64,000 nucleotides of DNA, from assembly GCA_902587125.1 (NCBI GenBank), contig CACIJW010000004.1:31003-95002 (forward strand), in the 5' to 3' direction. The position numbers and the translations under genes are program-made. The stretch is from an uncultured Bacteroidota bacterium. GTDB taxonomy: Bacteria; Bacteroidota; Bacteroidia; Flavobacteriales; BACL11. Under the pieces are notes generated by a model, which worked only from the letters and a program-made list of their open reading frames with translations, did no database searches and was not told the DNA's origin. The first letter of the stretch is position 1; each line of letters starts with the position of its first letter. Below, piece after piece: positions 38,785 to 48,144 of the stretch.

Positions 38785-40259
38785 ATGATTTAGAAAAGCA
38801 TTTTGATCGTTTTAGAAAAAATATTATTGGCATTGACGAGTACTTTTATGGGCCTTACGGAAGAAAAAAAATTATATATTCTGATTGGACTGCGAGTGGA
38901 AGGCTATATCAAAAAATTGAAGATGTTTTACAAAATCAAATTTTCCCATTTGTTGCAAATACTCACACAGGCACTAATACTACAGGTGCAACTACGAACT
39001 TTGCATTTGAAAAAGCATTAGAAATAATTAAAGATGAAGTAAATGCTAATGAAAATGATGTAATCATTTCAGCTGGTGCAGGTATGACTATGCTGGTTAG
39101 TAAATTCCAAAGAATTCTTGGGCTAAAGGTTCACGAAAAATTTAAGTCAAAATTAAAAATTCGTGAAAGGCCAATAGTTTTTGTTACTCACATGGAACAT
39201 CATTCTAACCAAACATCATGGATTGAAACAATAGCTGATGTTGTTGTAATTCCACAAAATAAATTTGGAAACGTTGATTTAGATGCATTAGCTAAATTAC
39301 TATCTGATCACAGTGATAGACAAGTAAAAATTGCAGCTATTACCTCATGTTCAAATGTTACTGGCATTTTTACTCCCTATCATAAGATTGCTAAAATAAT
39401 GCATGATAATGGGGGTTTGTGTTTTGTAGACTTTGCTTGTTCAGCACCATACATAGATATTGACATGCACCCTGAAGATTTAGATGAAAGACTTGATGCT
39501 ATTTACTTTTCGCCTCACAAGTTTCTTGGTGGACCTGGCTCTTCGGGAGTGCTGATTTTTAATAAAGATTTATATCAAAACAATGTGCCGGATAATCCAG
39601 GAGGAGGAACTGTCGATTGGACCAATCCCTGGGGTGAGCATAAATATGTTGATGATGTTCAACTAAGAGAAGATGGTGGGACCCCTGCTTTTCTACAGAC
39701 AATAAAAACAGCTCTATGTTTTAGATTAAAGAAAGAGATGGGAACTAATAAGATTATGCGAAGAGATGAAGAAATAAAAAAAATAGTATGGAAAATTTTT
39801 GATAAAGAACCTAATATAAACGTTTTAGCAAATGACTCAAGAGATAGACTACCTATATTTTCCTTTTATATTCAAGGACTACATTATAATCTAGCAGTTC
39901 AAATTTTAAATGATAGGTTCGGTATTCAAACAAGAGGAGGTTGTTCTTGTGCGGGCACATATGGTCATTTGTTATTAAATGTTGATAAAACAAAATCTAA
40001 GCATATTACAAAAAATATTGATGAGGGTAATCTAAGCTTAAAGCCTGGATGGATTAGGCTATCATTGCATCCAACAATGTTGAATAAAGAAGTGATGTAT
40101 GTGATGAACAGTATTTCGGCTCTTGCCCAGAATTTTAAAGAGTGGTCAAAAGATTATAAATATGTTTCTAAAACAAATGAATTTGAGTTTATAGCTGAGA
40201 ATCATTCTTGCAAGAACAAAAAGAGAGCAGAAAACTGGTTTGAGTTATCTCTTATCTAA
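38769..40259 (+). CDS. Aminotransferase class V-fold PLP-dependent enzyme (cysteine desulfurase-like)
   Basis: PLP-lysine context YFSPHKFLGGPGSSGVLIF. HMEHHSN motif. An alternative ATG at 38781 would give a 4-nt ATGA overlap with the preceding stop. Confidence 0.8.
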   Translation: MFVTMNDLEKHFDRFRKNIIGIDEYFYGPYGRKKIIYSDWTASGRLYQKIEDVLQNQIFPFVANTHTGTNTTGATTNFAFEKALEIIKDEVNANENDVIISAGAGMTMLVSKFQRILGLKVHEKFKSKLKIRERPIVFVTHMEHHSNQTSWIETIADVVVIPQNKFGNVDLDALAKLLSDHSDRQVKIAAITSCSNVTGIFTPYHKIAKIMHDNGGLCFVDFACSAPYIDIDMHPEDLDERLDAIYFSPHKFLGGPGSSGVLIFNKDLYQNNVPDNPGGGTVDWTNPWGEHKYVDDVQLREDGGTPAFLQTIKTALCFRLKKEMGTNKIMRRDEEIKKIVWKIFDKEPNINVLANDSRDRLPIFSFYIQGLHYNLAVQILNDRFGIQTRGGCSCAGTYGHLLLNVDKTKSKHITKNIDEGNLSLKPGWIRLSLHPTMLNKEVMYVMNSISALAQNFKEWSKDYKYVSKTNEFEFIAENHSCKNKKRAENWFELSLI

Positions 40260-40547
40260 TTTTTTAATTACTTTTTTTACTTTGAAATAATCCGAATCTT
40301 TAATAGGAGAGTTTGTCATTGCAGACTTTTTGCATTTATAATCAATTATTAAATCCTCTCTCAAAATATTTATTTCAGTACTAATGTGTGAAAGAGGCTC
40401 AACATCACTAACATCAAGCTTATCAAGTACTTTAATAAAGGCTAAGATTTTTTTCAAATCATTTTTTATTGCAAAAAAATCCCCCTCTTTAAATTCAAGT
40501 TTTGCAAGCTTGCTAAGCTGACTTATTAGTTCGTTAGATATTTTCAT
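40245..40547 (-). CDS. gatC: Asp-tRNA(Asn)/Glu-tRNA(Gln) amidotransferase subunit C
   Basis: 100 aa. ISNELISQLSKLAKLEF...DVSDVEPLSHI...LREDL pattern typical of GatC. Confidence 0.8.
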   Translation of the reverse strand: MKISNELISQLSKLAKLEFKEGDFFAIKNDLKKILAFIKVLDKLDVSDVEPLSHISTEINILREDLIIDYKCKKSAMTNSPIKDSDYFKVKKVIKKLDKR

Positions 40548-41274
40548 TTACTTTTAGTTCTTGATTTATCTTATCAAAGACAAAATTATTTAATTTTTTT
40601 AAATCATTTTTATCAAAATTTCTGATTTGTATTGGATCAAGATATTTAACTCTAGAAATACCGGGAGAACCTTGCAAATAAGACCATGGAAATCTTTTTT
40701 TATTATCATATATGACAACTGGAAGTATATCAGTACCACTTTCTAACGCTATTTTAAAGGCCCCATTTTTAAATCTTCTCAATCTAACTTCTGGTTTCGG
40801 AATTCCTCCTTCAGTAAAAACACAAACACTTATTTCTCTCTTAACTACTTCCTTGGCTTTGACATAAGCGTTATATGAATCTCTTAAATTTTGTCTATCA
40901 ACGCTTATTGAATTTTTTTTGAAATAATATCCGAAAATTGGAAACTTAGTAATTTCAGATTTTCCGATAAAAATTAGTGGAATATTAGCTGTGGAGTAAA
41001 TTAAAGCTATGTCCAAGCTAGAAACATGATTTGAACAAATAATGTATGTTTTATTTTTCTCAATTTTTTTCGATAGTTCTTTTCTAACTAAAATACCTGA
41101 GAAAAAAAGTAAACATTTCGACCATAATTTTGAGATTTTAAAAATCTGTTTTTTGCTCGGTAATAAGTTCGTGAATAAGAACAGGGCAGGTAAAAAAAAT
41201 ATTTGAGTAAATACAAAAAACAAAAAAACCCAACTTCTCCATAAGAATGAGAGAAGATACTTTCCAAATCGCAT
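40534..41274 (-). CDS. plsC: 1-acyl-sn-glycerol-3-phosphate acyltransferase
   Basis: N-terminal TM segment. Acyltransferase motifs NHVSSLD (H-x4-D) and FTEGG. Confidence 0.85.
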   Translation of the reverse strand: MRFGKYLLSFLWRSWVFLFFVFTQIFFLPALFLFTNLLPSKKQIFKISKLWSKCLLFFSGILVRKELSKKIEKNKTYIICSNHVSSLDIALIYSTANIPLIFIGKSEITKFPIFGYYFKKNSISVDRQNLRDSYNAYVKAKEVVKREISVCVFTEGGIPKPEVRLRRFKNGAFKIALESGTDILPVVIYDNKKRFPWSYLQGSPGISRVKYLDPIQIRNFDKNDLKKLNNFVFDKINQELKVNENI

Positions 41275-41278
41275 AGTA

Positions 41279-41286
41279 CAAATATA
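41279..41286 (-). promoter_or_regulatory. Putative -7 box TATATTTG for plsC-gatC
   Basis: Exact TAnnTTTG, 4 nt before the ATG at 41274. Confidence 0.45.
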
Positions 41287-41295
41287 AAAATCTAC

Positions 41296-41303
41296 TATTT
41301 TTG
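41296..41303 (+). promoter_or_regulatory. Putative -7 box TATTTTTG for trpS
   Basis: Exact TAnnTTTG, 10 nt before the ATG at 41314. It shares a 39-bp divergent spacer with the plsC box. Confidence 0.4.
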
Positions 41304-41313
41304 AAAAAAGTCT

Positions 41314-42282
41314 ATGGCAAGAATTTTAACAGGTATACAAAGCACAGGAACACCACACTTAGGAAATATATTAGGTGCAATAATACCTGCTATTGAACTG
41401 TCTTCAAATCCACAAAATCAAAGTTTATTTTTCATTGCAGATTTACATTCTTTTACAACAATAAAAGACAAGGAATTATTAAGAAAAAACACATACAGCA
41501 CAGCTGCTTGTTGGCTTGCTTTTGGCTTTGATACTGATAAAAATATTTTTTATAGACAATCAGATGTAACCAGAGTATGTGAACTTACTTGGTATTTAAG
41601 TTGTTTTACACCATATCCAATGTTGGCAAATTCTCACTCTTTTAAAGATAAGTCTGATAAGCTTTCAGAGGTAAATACAGGACTATTTACTTATCCTGTT
41701 CTAATGGCTGCAGATATATTATTGTATGATGCGAATATTGTACCAGTTGGAAAAGATCAAAAGCAACATCTAGAAATAACTAGAGATATTGCCAGCTCAT
41801 TTAATCACAAATTTCCAAATTCTCTTACTGTACCACAAGAGAAAATTGATAAAAAGGCAATGACAATACCAGGAACTGATGGTCAAAAGATGAGTAAGTC
41901 GTATAACAATTTTATTGATATTTTTTTACCAGAAAAAAAATTAAAGAAACAAATCATGTCAATTATAACTGACAGTATTTCTGTTAATGATCCGAAGGAC
42001 CCAGAAAATTGCACAGTTTTTAAACTATTTGAAATAATAGCTGATAAAAGTGATGTTTTGGAGCTAGAGAAAAAATATAGAAACGGTGGATACGGCTATG
42101 GTCATGCAAAGAAAGACCTTTTTGATGTTATACTTGAAAAGTATAAGTCACAAAGAGAATTATACAATCATTATATTAACAATGAGAGTGTAATTGAGCA
42201 GAAGCTTATCAAAGGGGCTGAAAAAGCAAATGAAATAGCTACAACAGTTTTAGACAGAGTTAGACAAAATATTGGATATTGA
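41314..42282 (+). CDS. trpS: Tryptophan--tRNA ligase
   Basis: GIQSTGTPHLGN (HIGH-type), GKDQKQH and KMSKS. Confidence 0.95.
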   Translation: MARILTGIQSTGTPHLGNILGAIIPAIELSSNPQNQSLFFIADLHSFTTIKDKELLRKNTYSTAACWLAFGFDTDKNIFYRQSDVTRVCELTWYLSCFTPYPMLANSHSFKDKSDKLSEVNTGLFTYPVLMAADILLYDANIVPVGKDQKQHLEITRDIASSFNHKFPNSLTVPQEKIDKKAMTIPGTDGQKMSKSYNNFIDIFLPEKKLKKQIMSIITDSISVNDPKDPENCTVFKLFEIIADKSDVLELEKKYRNGGYGYGHAKKDLFDVILEKYKSQRELYNHYINNESVIEQKLIKGAEKANEIATTVLDRVRQNIGY

Positions 42283-42283
42283 T

Positions 42284-43543
42284 CTATTTAAACTTTTCAT
42301 AAAGTTCAGTTTGATGGTTGGTTAGCTTAATAGTTTTTCCCTTAATATATGCAAGGAATAAATTATTAGACATTATGTCTAATGCATCACCATCAGAGAT
42401 AAAAAAAGTCGCTTCTTTGCCAGCTTCCAATGAGCCTAACTTATTATCAATTCCTAATATTTTTGCAGCATTCAGTGTTAGTGATTTTATTGCGATGTTA
42501 TAGTCTAGGCCATATGCAACGGATGTGCCTGCAGTAAAAGGAAGATTTCTTGAACCCATTACTTCCATATCTCCCTCATAGCTAAAACAAAATAAAATTT
42601 CATTTTCATGCAACAGTTTTGCTTGAGTATATGGTTCATAAATAGATGATCCAACTTTACTAGGAAGCCGATGTACACGATTTAAAATTACATTGATATT
42701 ATTATTTTTTATGATGTTTTTAGCCATCAAAGCCTCTTCACCTCCAACTAAAACAATTTTTTTGATTTTTTTCTTCTTAAGCAAATCAATAGCATCAATA
42801 ATTTCTGTGTAGTAATCTGCGTGTACATATAGGTTTTTACTACCATCAAACAGACCTTTCATACTTTCCATTTTTATATCAATTTTTTCTCCGTTATTAT
42901 TAAAGTATGATGATGCTTTATCTAAATAATCCTCAATTTTTAAAACTTTTTGTTGGTATTCTTTATTTCTTTTACTTTCTCCAGGCTCAGCCCACCAACC
43001 ACTTTTATTATATGATCTTGGCCAGTTCAAATGAATACCATCGTCAGACTTGCATACTGCATTCTCCCAATTATTTCCATCAAGATAAAAAACAGAGGAT
43101 TGTCCAGAAAATAGCCCGCCAATCGGAGCCACTTGACTTACTAGTATACCATTAGTTCTGAGAGTTCCTATAATTTTAGAATCAGTGTTATATGCAATTT
43201 TAGTTCTGACGTGAGGGTTGAATGAACCAACTTCTCTAAAGTCATGAGTTGCACGAACAGCATCAATCTCAGTAATCCCAAGCCGAGAGTTTGGTAAAAT
43301 AAATGATGGATATATAAATTTACCATGTAGTCTGATGATTGTATCGAATGCTGTTGGATCAATTTTAATTTCGGAACTATTTGCAACAAAATCAATTTTT
43401 TCGCCCTGAATGCAAATAACAGAGTTTTCTATTTTGTCACCATTTCCCACATAAGCTGTTCCTCCAATTAAAAGTGTTCTTTTTTGACTTAGTGTAAATA
43501 AAGGTAAAAATATGAGTATGGAAAAAAATAAATTTTTATTCAT
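42284..43543 (-). CDS. Secreted amidohydrolase-fold protein lacking the HxH metal motif (probable non-catalytic partner)
   Basis: Signal peptide. Amidohydrolase-like C-terminus GSLEAGKEATFFISDGD. At the usual HxH position it reads YPSFILPNSRLG. It overlaps the upstream gene by 8 nt. Confidence 0.7.
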   Translation of the reverse strand: MNKNLFFSILIFLPLFTLSQKRTLLIGGTAYVGNGDKIENSVICIQGEKIDFVANSSEIKIDPTAFDTIIRLHGKFIYPSFILPNSRLGITEIDAVRATHDFREVGSFNPHVRTKIAYNTDSKIIGTLRTNGILVSQVAPIGGLFSGQSSVFYLDGNNWENAVCKSDDGIHLNWPRSYNKSGWWAEPGESKRNKEYQQKVLKIEDYLDKASSYFNNNGEKIDIKMESMKGLFDGSKNLYVHADYYTEIIDAIDLLKKKKIKKIVLVGGEEALMAKNIIKNNNINVILNRVHRLPSKVGSSIYEPYTQAKLLHENEILFCFSYEGDMEVMGSRNLPFTAGTSVAYGLDYNIAIKSLTLNAAKILGIDNKLGSLEAGKEATFFISDGDALDIMSNNLFLAYIKGKTIKLTNHQTELYEKFK

Positions 43544-46535
43544 AATAGTTTATTGATCTGTGTTTACAACAATGATATAGATCTTCTTTTTCAAATTTAA
43601 TTTTTTGTTTTCCCCCTTTAGAAGTAGCCATTTTGGAAATTATTCTTGCTCTTTCTTTTTGGTCTCTGCTCATTAATTTCTCATTATATTTATGATCAAA
43701 TAAAAGTCTTCCATCGACAAATGTGCTCTCAACTTTTGCATAAATTGACAACGGTTCATCGGACCATATAACTATATCAGCATCTTTCCCAACTTTCAGA
43801 CTACCCATTTTTTTATCAAGTTTCAAAAGTTTTGCTGGGTTAAGTGTTATCATCTTCCAAGCATCTTCTTTGCTAACACCGCCATATTTGATAGCTTTAG
43901 CAGCTTCATGATTTAATCTTCTTCCCATTTCTGCATCATCAGAATTTATTGCTGTGACAACTCCGGCATTATTTAATAGTGCAGCATTGTGAGGAATAGC
44001 ATCATTAACCTCAAACTTGTATGCCCACCAATCAGAAAAGGTTGATCCTCCTGCGCCATGTTTTTTCATTTTATCAGCTACTTTATAGCCCTCCAATATG
44101 TGTGTAAAAGTATTAACAGTAAAGCCCATTGAATCTCCTACATGCATTAGCATATTAATTTCAGATTGCACATACGAATGACATGTTATAAATCTTTTCT
44201 TATCTAATATTTCAGACAGAATATTTAGTTCTAGATCTTCTCTTGGCGGAGGGGTATTCCTTTTTTTTCTCAATGAAAGTTTGTTGTACTCCTCCCACTC
44301 TTTTTTATAGTTTTTAGCTCTAAAAAATGCATCATAGAAAACTTGTTCAACACCCATTCTAGTTTGAGGAAATCTGAATGTGTTAAATGCTCCCCAATTG
44401 CTTTGCTTAACATTTTCTCCCAAAGCAAATTTTATAAAACCCACATCTGATTTTATCTTCATCTCTTCTGCTAAGCTTCCCCATCTCATTTTAACAAGTG
44501 CAGACTGACCACCTATTGGATTTGCTGACCCGTGTAACAACTGTGCTGCTGTTACCCCACCTGCTAATTGTCTATATATATTAACATCATTTGAATTTAT
44601 CACATCTCCAATACTAACCTCTGCTGTCACAGCTTGGCTACTTTCGTTTACACCTCTTGAGATAGCAATATGTGAGTGTTCATCAATAATTCCAGATGTT
44701 ATATGCTTCTTTGTAGCATCAATTATTTGAACGGAAGTAGTGTCGCTAAAAACATCTGAAAGAATAATGTTTTTACCAACAAAAACAATTTTACCGTTGC
44801 TGAATGCAATATCTGCGCGATTTAAAACACCTGATTTTTCGTTTGTCCAAATTGTCCCATTTTTTAGAACTACATCCTTCTTTTTTGGAAGTTTTTCAAA
44901 GCCGTAAGATACATTTGGTTTTAGTTGATTCGGAGGAACGGTATCTGTATTTGAATTATTCGTCTTTTTGTTTTTGATAACTATAGATGAGTCTTTAGTA
45001 AGCACAAAATCTATTGTCGTTCCTTCTATTGTCTGAGCTCTTCCTTCACCTATACCGTTATTAATCTTACATATAGCTCTGAACGAAATTTGGTTACTAA
45101 AAAAAGTAAGTTTGTTGTATTTAAGATTAGAGCTCATCCATGAAGAGTCAAGTGATGGTATCTTAATTTTCGGCTTGTCAATGTCACCATTAATTTCAAC
45201 AAATAAATCCTTAAGGCTTTTTGAATTAAATGTGTAGTATCCCCTTATATCTTCATTGTTCTTTTCTTTTATCACATTTCTTTCTCCATCAACCCAATTT
45301 TCATAAATATCTCCTTCAATAAAAATATCATTAGAACAGATAATAAAGTTGGCTTTTTTACCTGCTTCAATGGATCCAATTACGTGGTACTTATTAATTA
45401 ATTTTGCTGGAGTTTCAGTTAATGCTTTCAGGGCATCTTCTTTCTGCAAGCCATGATTTACAGCAATACGAAGATTTTTTAAAAAATCTTTCTTGTTTTT
45501 TAAATCCGATGATGTAATCGCAAATGGAATTTTATTTTTTGCTATGATATTTAAATTATATGGGGCTAGCTCCCATTCTTTAAGCTTTTTCAAGCTCAAC
45601 CAGTCAGTATAAACAGGATTTGAAATATCATATGCATTCGGAAAGTTAAGTGGAATAACTAATGGAAAATTAAATTCTTTTAATTGGTCACTGACAGCAA
45701 ATTCCTTACCATTTCCTTTAACAATAAAATCTATTTCAAATTCATCAGCAATTGAAAAAAGTCTATAATAATCTGTCTCATTATTTAGAATAAAAATTTT
45801 AGGCAAAAATTTATTTTGATTATAACTCTCTAAAGAAAGATTTAATTCTTTTTTGTTTGTTTGTTCGTACCATTGAGCATCCAGTAAAGTTTGTTTAAAC
45901 AATGCAATGCTTCCCATAAGAGAAGTGGGATATCTTTGACGAGAAACTCCTTTTGAAAAAGAGTAGAATGTAGCTGCTTTATCTTCGATAATTGTTTGGT
46001 TTTGTCTTTTTTCAGAAATAATTACTAAAGTCCCGTTTCCTCTAAAAATACCATCATTTTGATGAGAAAGGACTATTCCAAATCCATTGTTTATATATTT
46101 TGTAGCATCATCTCTGTCATATTTATATATGCTTGAAGCATTAACTTCTGGCTTTACACTTTGATTCCAATGATATGGACCAGTTTTTTTACTTTCGTAT
46201 TGAGGGGTATAACTGAATTCAGTTTTTGCTGGAGCTTGAACGCCAAAATCTGAAATTAGTTCAATAAAAGAGGGATAAATAAAATCTCCATTTAAATCTT
46301 TAACAATAGCATTTTTTGGTATTGTTATACTATCTCCAACACTTAATATTTTATCATCTTGAACTAACATCATTCCATTCTCAATTACTTTAGATGAACT
46401 TTGGTGGATTTTTGCGTTAATAAATGCTATTGGAGATTTATAATTATTTTCAACTCCATTTATTGGAAAAGTTTCTTGACATAGGCAAATTGATGTGCTT
46501 AATATAAAAATAAGTAGTGAAGAGATTGTTTTCAT
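43536..46535 (-). CDS. Secreted two-module amidohydrolase family protein (degenerate N-module + catalytic C-module)
   Basis: 999 aa with a signal peptide. The C-terminal half carries GIIDEHSHIA (HxH), later His residues, AINSDDAE and GSLKVGKDADIVIW. The N-terminal half reads YPSFIELISDFG at the HxH position. Confidence 0.75.
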   Translation of the reverse strand: MKTISSLLIFILSTSICLCQETFPINGVENNYKSPIAFINAKIHQSSSKVIENGMMLVQDDKILSVGDSITIPKNAIVKDLNGDFIYPSFIELISDFGVQAPAKTEFSYTPQYESKKTGPYHWNQSVKPEVNASSIYKYDRDDATKYINNGFGIVLSHQNDGIFRGNGTLVIISEKRQNQTIIEDKAATFYSFSKGVSRQRYPTSLMGSIALFKQTLLDAQWYEQTNKKELNLSLESYNQNKFLPKIFILNNETDYYRLFSIADEFEIDFIVKGNGKEFAVSDQLKEFNFPLVIPLNFPNAYDISNPVYTDWLSLKKLKEWELAPYNLNIIAKNKIPFAITSSDLKNKKDFLKNLRIAVNHGLQKEDALKALTETPAKLINKYHVIGSIEAGKKANFIICSNDIFIEGDIYENWVDGERNVIKEKNNEDIRGYYTFNSKSLKDLFVEINGDIDKPKIKIPSLDSSWMSSNLKYNKLTFFSNQISFRAICKINNGIGEGRAQTIEGTTIDFVLTKDSSIVIKNKKTNNSNTDTVPPNQLKPNVSYGFEKLPKKKDVVLKNGTIWTNEKSGVLNRADIAFSNGKIVFVGKNIILSDVFSDTTSVQIIDATKKHITSGIIDEHSHIAISRGVNESSQAVTAEVSIGDVINSNDVNIYRQLAGGVTAAQLLHGSANPIGGQSALVKMRWGSLAEEMKIKSDVGFIKFALGENVKQSNWGAFNTFRFPQTRMGVEQVFYDAFFRAKNYKKEWEEYNKLSLRKKRNTPPPREDLELNILSEILDKKRFITCHSYVQSEINMLMHVGDSMGFTVNTFTHILEGYKVADKMKKHGAGGSTFSDWWAYKFEVNDAIPHNAALLNNAGVVTAINSDDAEMGRRLNHEAAKAIKYGGVSKEDAWKMITLNPAKLLKLDKKMGSLKVGKDADIVIWSDEPLSIYAKVESTFVDGRLLFDHKYNEKLMSRDQKERARIISKMATSKGGKQKIKFEKEDLYHCCKHRSINYYE

Positions 46536-46605
46536 AAATAAACAGTTGTGAAATTACCAAATTTTTATTGTTTTTTATTTGTTTCTTTGCACTATAAAAA
46601 ATAAT

Positions 46606-46971
46606 ATGAAAACACATCAAGCTAACTTACTAAACAGTATTACTTTAATAATCATGCCAGTTTGGGCATTTCTAGCTTTTGAAGCATCACCAGAAAAGCC
46701 TACTCAATCATTTACTGCATTTATCCCACTAATTTTTGGTGTGATTTTGCTATTGTGCAATGGAGGATTAAAAAAAGAAAATAAGACAATTGCTCATATT
46801 GCTGTCTTAATTACTTTAATAGCATTACTAGGTCTGTCTATGCCTTTAAAATCAGCAATTGCTGATGATAGAGGTGTATCTGTTATCAGAATATTATTAA
46901 TGATTATTACAGGCATAATAGCTATGACTACATTTGTAAAAAGCTTTATACAGGCAAGAAAAAATAAGTAA
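46606..46971 (+). CDS. Hypothetical four-helix membrane protein
   Basis: Hydrophobic ORF with no recognised family. I prefer the ATG at 46606 (MKTHQANLL) over the TTG at 46579 in the ORF track. Confidence 0.5.
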   Translation: MKTHQANLLNSITLIIMPVWAFLAFEASPEKPTQSFTAFIPLIFGVILLLCNGGLKKENKTIAHIAVLITLIALLGLSMPLKSAIADDRGVSVIRILLMIITGIIAMTTFVKSFIQARKNK

Positions 46972-46977
46972 TTAAAA

Positions 46978-48144
46978 ATGACAGAGAATGCAGTTATTAT
47001 TGGACTAGTCTTATCCAATGATGACGCTGATACTGTAGACCAAAATCTGTCAGAACTTGAGTTTCTAGCAAAAACTTGTGGTGCAAATGTTGTTAAGCAA
47101 TTTACTCAAAAACTTCAGTCACCTAACCCTAGCACTTTTTTAGGCAAGGGAAAACTTAAGATTATCTTACATTATGTTAATTCAAATGCGGTCGATTTAT
47201 TAATATTTGATGACGATTTATCAGCCACTCAGCTAAGAAATATTGAAAATTATTTTAAAATTAAAATTTTAGATCGGAGCAATTTGATTCTTGACATTTT
47301 TGCAAAGAGAGCACAAACAGCTACAGCAAAAACACAAGTAGAACTTGCTCAATATGAGTATTTATTACCCAGGCTTACTAGAATGTGGACACATTTAGAG
47401 CGTCAGAAAGGAGGTATTGGAATGAGAGGACCAGGAGAAACTCAAATTGAAACAGACAGAAGAATTATAAAAGATAAAATTTCTTTGCTAAAAAAAAGAT
47501 TGATTAAAATTGATAAACAAAAAAATACGCAGAGGAAGAGAAGAGCTAGATTAGTCAGAGTATCTTTAGTTGGTTACACAAATGCTGGTAAATCAACAAT
47601 AATGAATAAGTTAAGCAAGTCAGATGTTCTTGCAGAGAACAAGCTATTTGCTACTCTAGATACAACAGTTAGAAAGGTTGTTGTAAAAAACCTGCCGTTT
47701 TTGCTTTCAGATACTGTAGGTTTTATTAGAAAACTACCTCATCAACTCATCGAATCATTTAAGTCAACATTAGATGAGGTTAAAGAATCAGACTTACTAA
47801 TACATGTTGTAGATATTTCAAATAAAAACTTTGAGGAGCATATGAACACTGTTAATCAAACCTTGGATGAACTTGGAGTAGTAGATAAGCCTATAATGTT
47901 AATATTTAACAAAGTTGATCAATATAGTTTTATTGAAAAAGATGTTGATGATTTGACACCTTCAACTAAAGACAATTTATCAATTGACGATTTAAGACAA
48001 ACATGGATAAGTAAGCTTAACAAAAATGTTTTTTTTATCTCAGCTCTAAACAAAAATGACATCATAGAGCTCAGAAACTTTTTATATTCTTACATAAAGA
48101 GTATACATGTAAAGCGTTGGCCTTATGATAATTTACTTTACTGA
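46978..48144 (+). CDS. hflX: GTPase HflX
   Basis: HflX N-domain (LEFLAKTCGA...). GMRGPGETQIETDRR. G1 GYTNAGKST, G3 DTVGF and G4 NKVD. Confidence 0.92.
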   Translation: MTENAVIIGLVLSNDDADTVDQNLSELEFLAKTCGANVVKQFTQKLQSPNPSTFLGKGKLKIILHYVNSNAVDLLIFDDDLSATQLRNIENYFKIKILDRSNLILDIFAKRAQTATAKTQVELAQYEYLLPRLTRMWTHLERQKGGIGMRGPGETQIETDRRIIKDKISLLKKRLIKIDKQKNTQRKRRARLVRVSLVGYTNAGKSTIMNKLSKSDVLAENKLFATLDTTVRKVVVKNLPFLLSDTVGFIRKLPHQLIESFKSTLDEVKESDLLIHVVDISNKNFEEHMNTVNQTLDELGVVDKPIMLIFNKVDQYSFIEKDVDDLTPSTKDNLSIDDLRQTWISKLNKNVFFISALNKNDIIELRNFLYSYIKSIHVKRWPYDNLLY

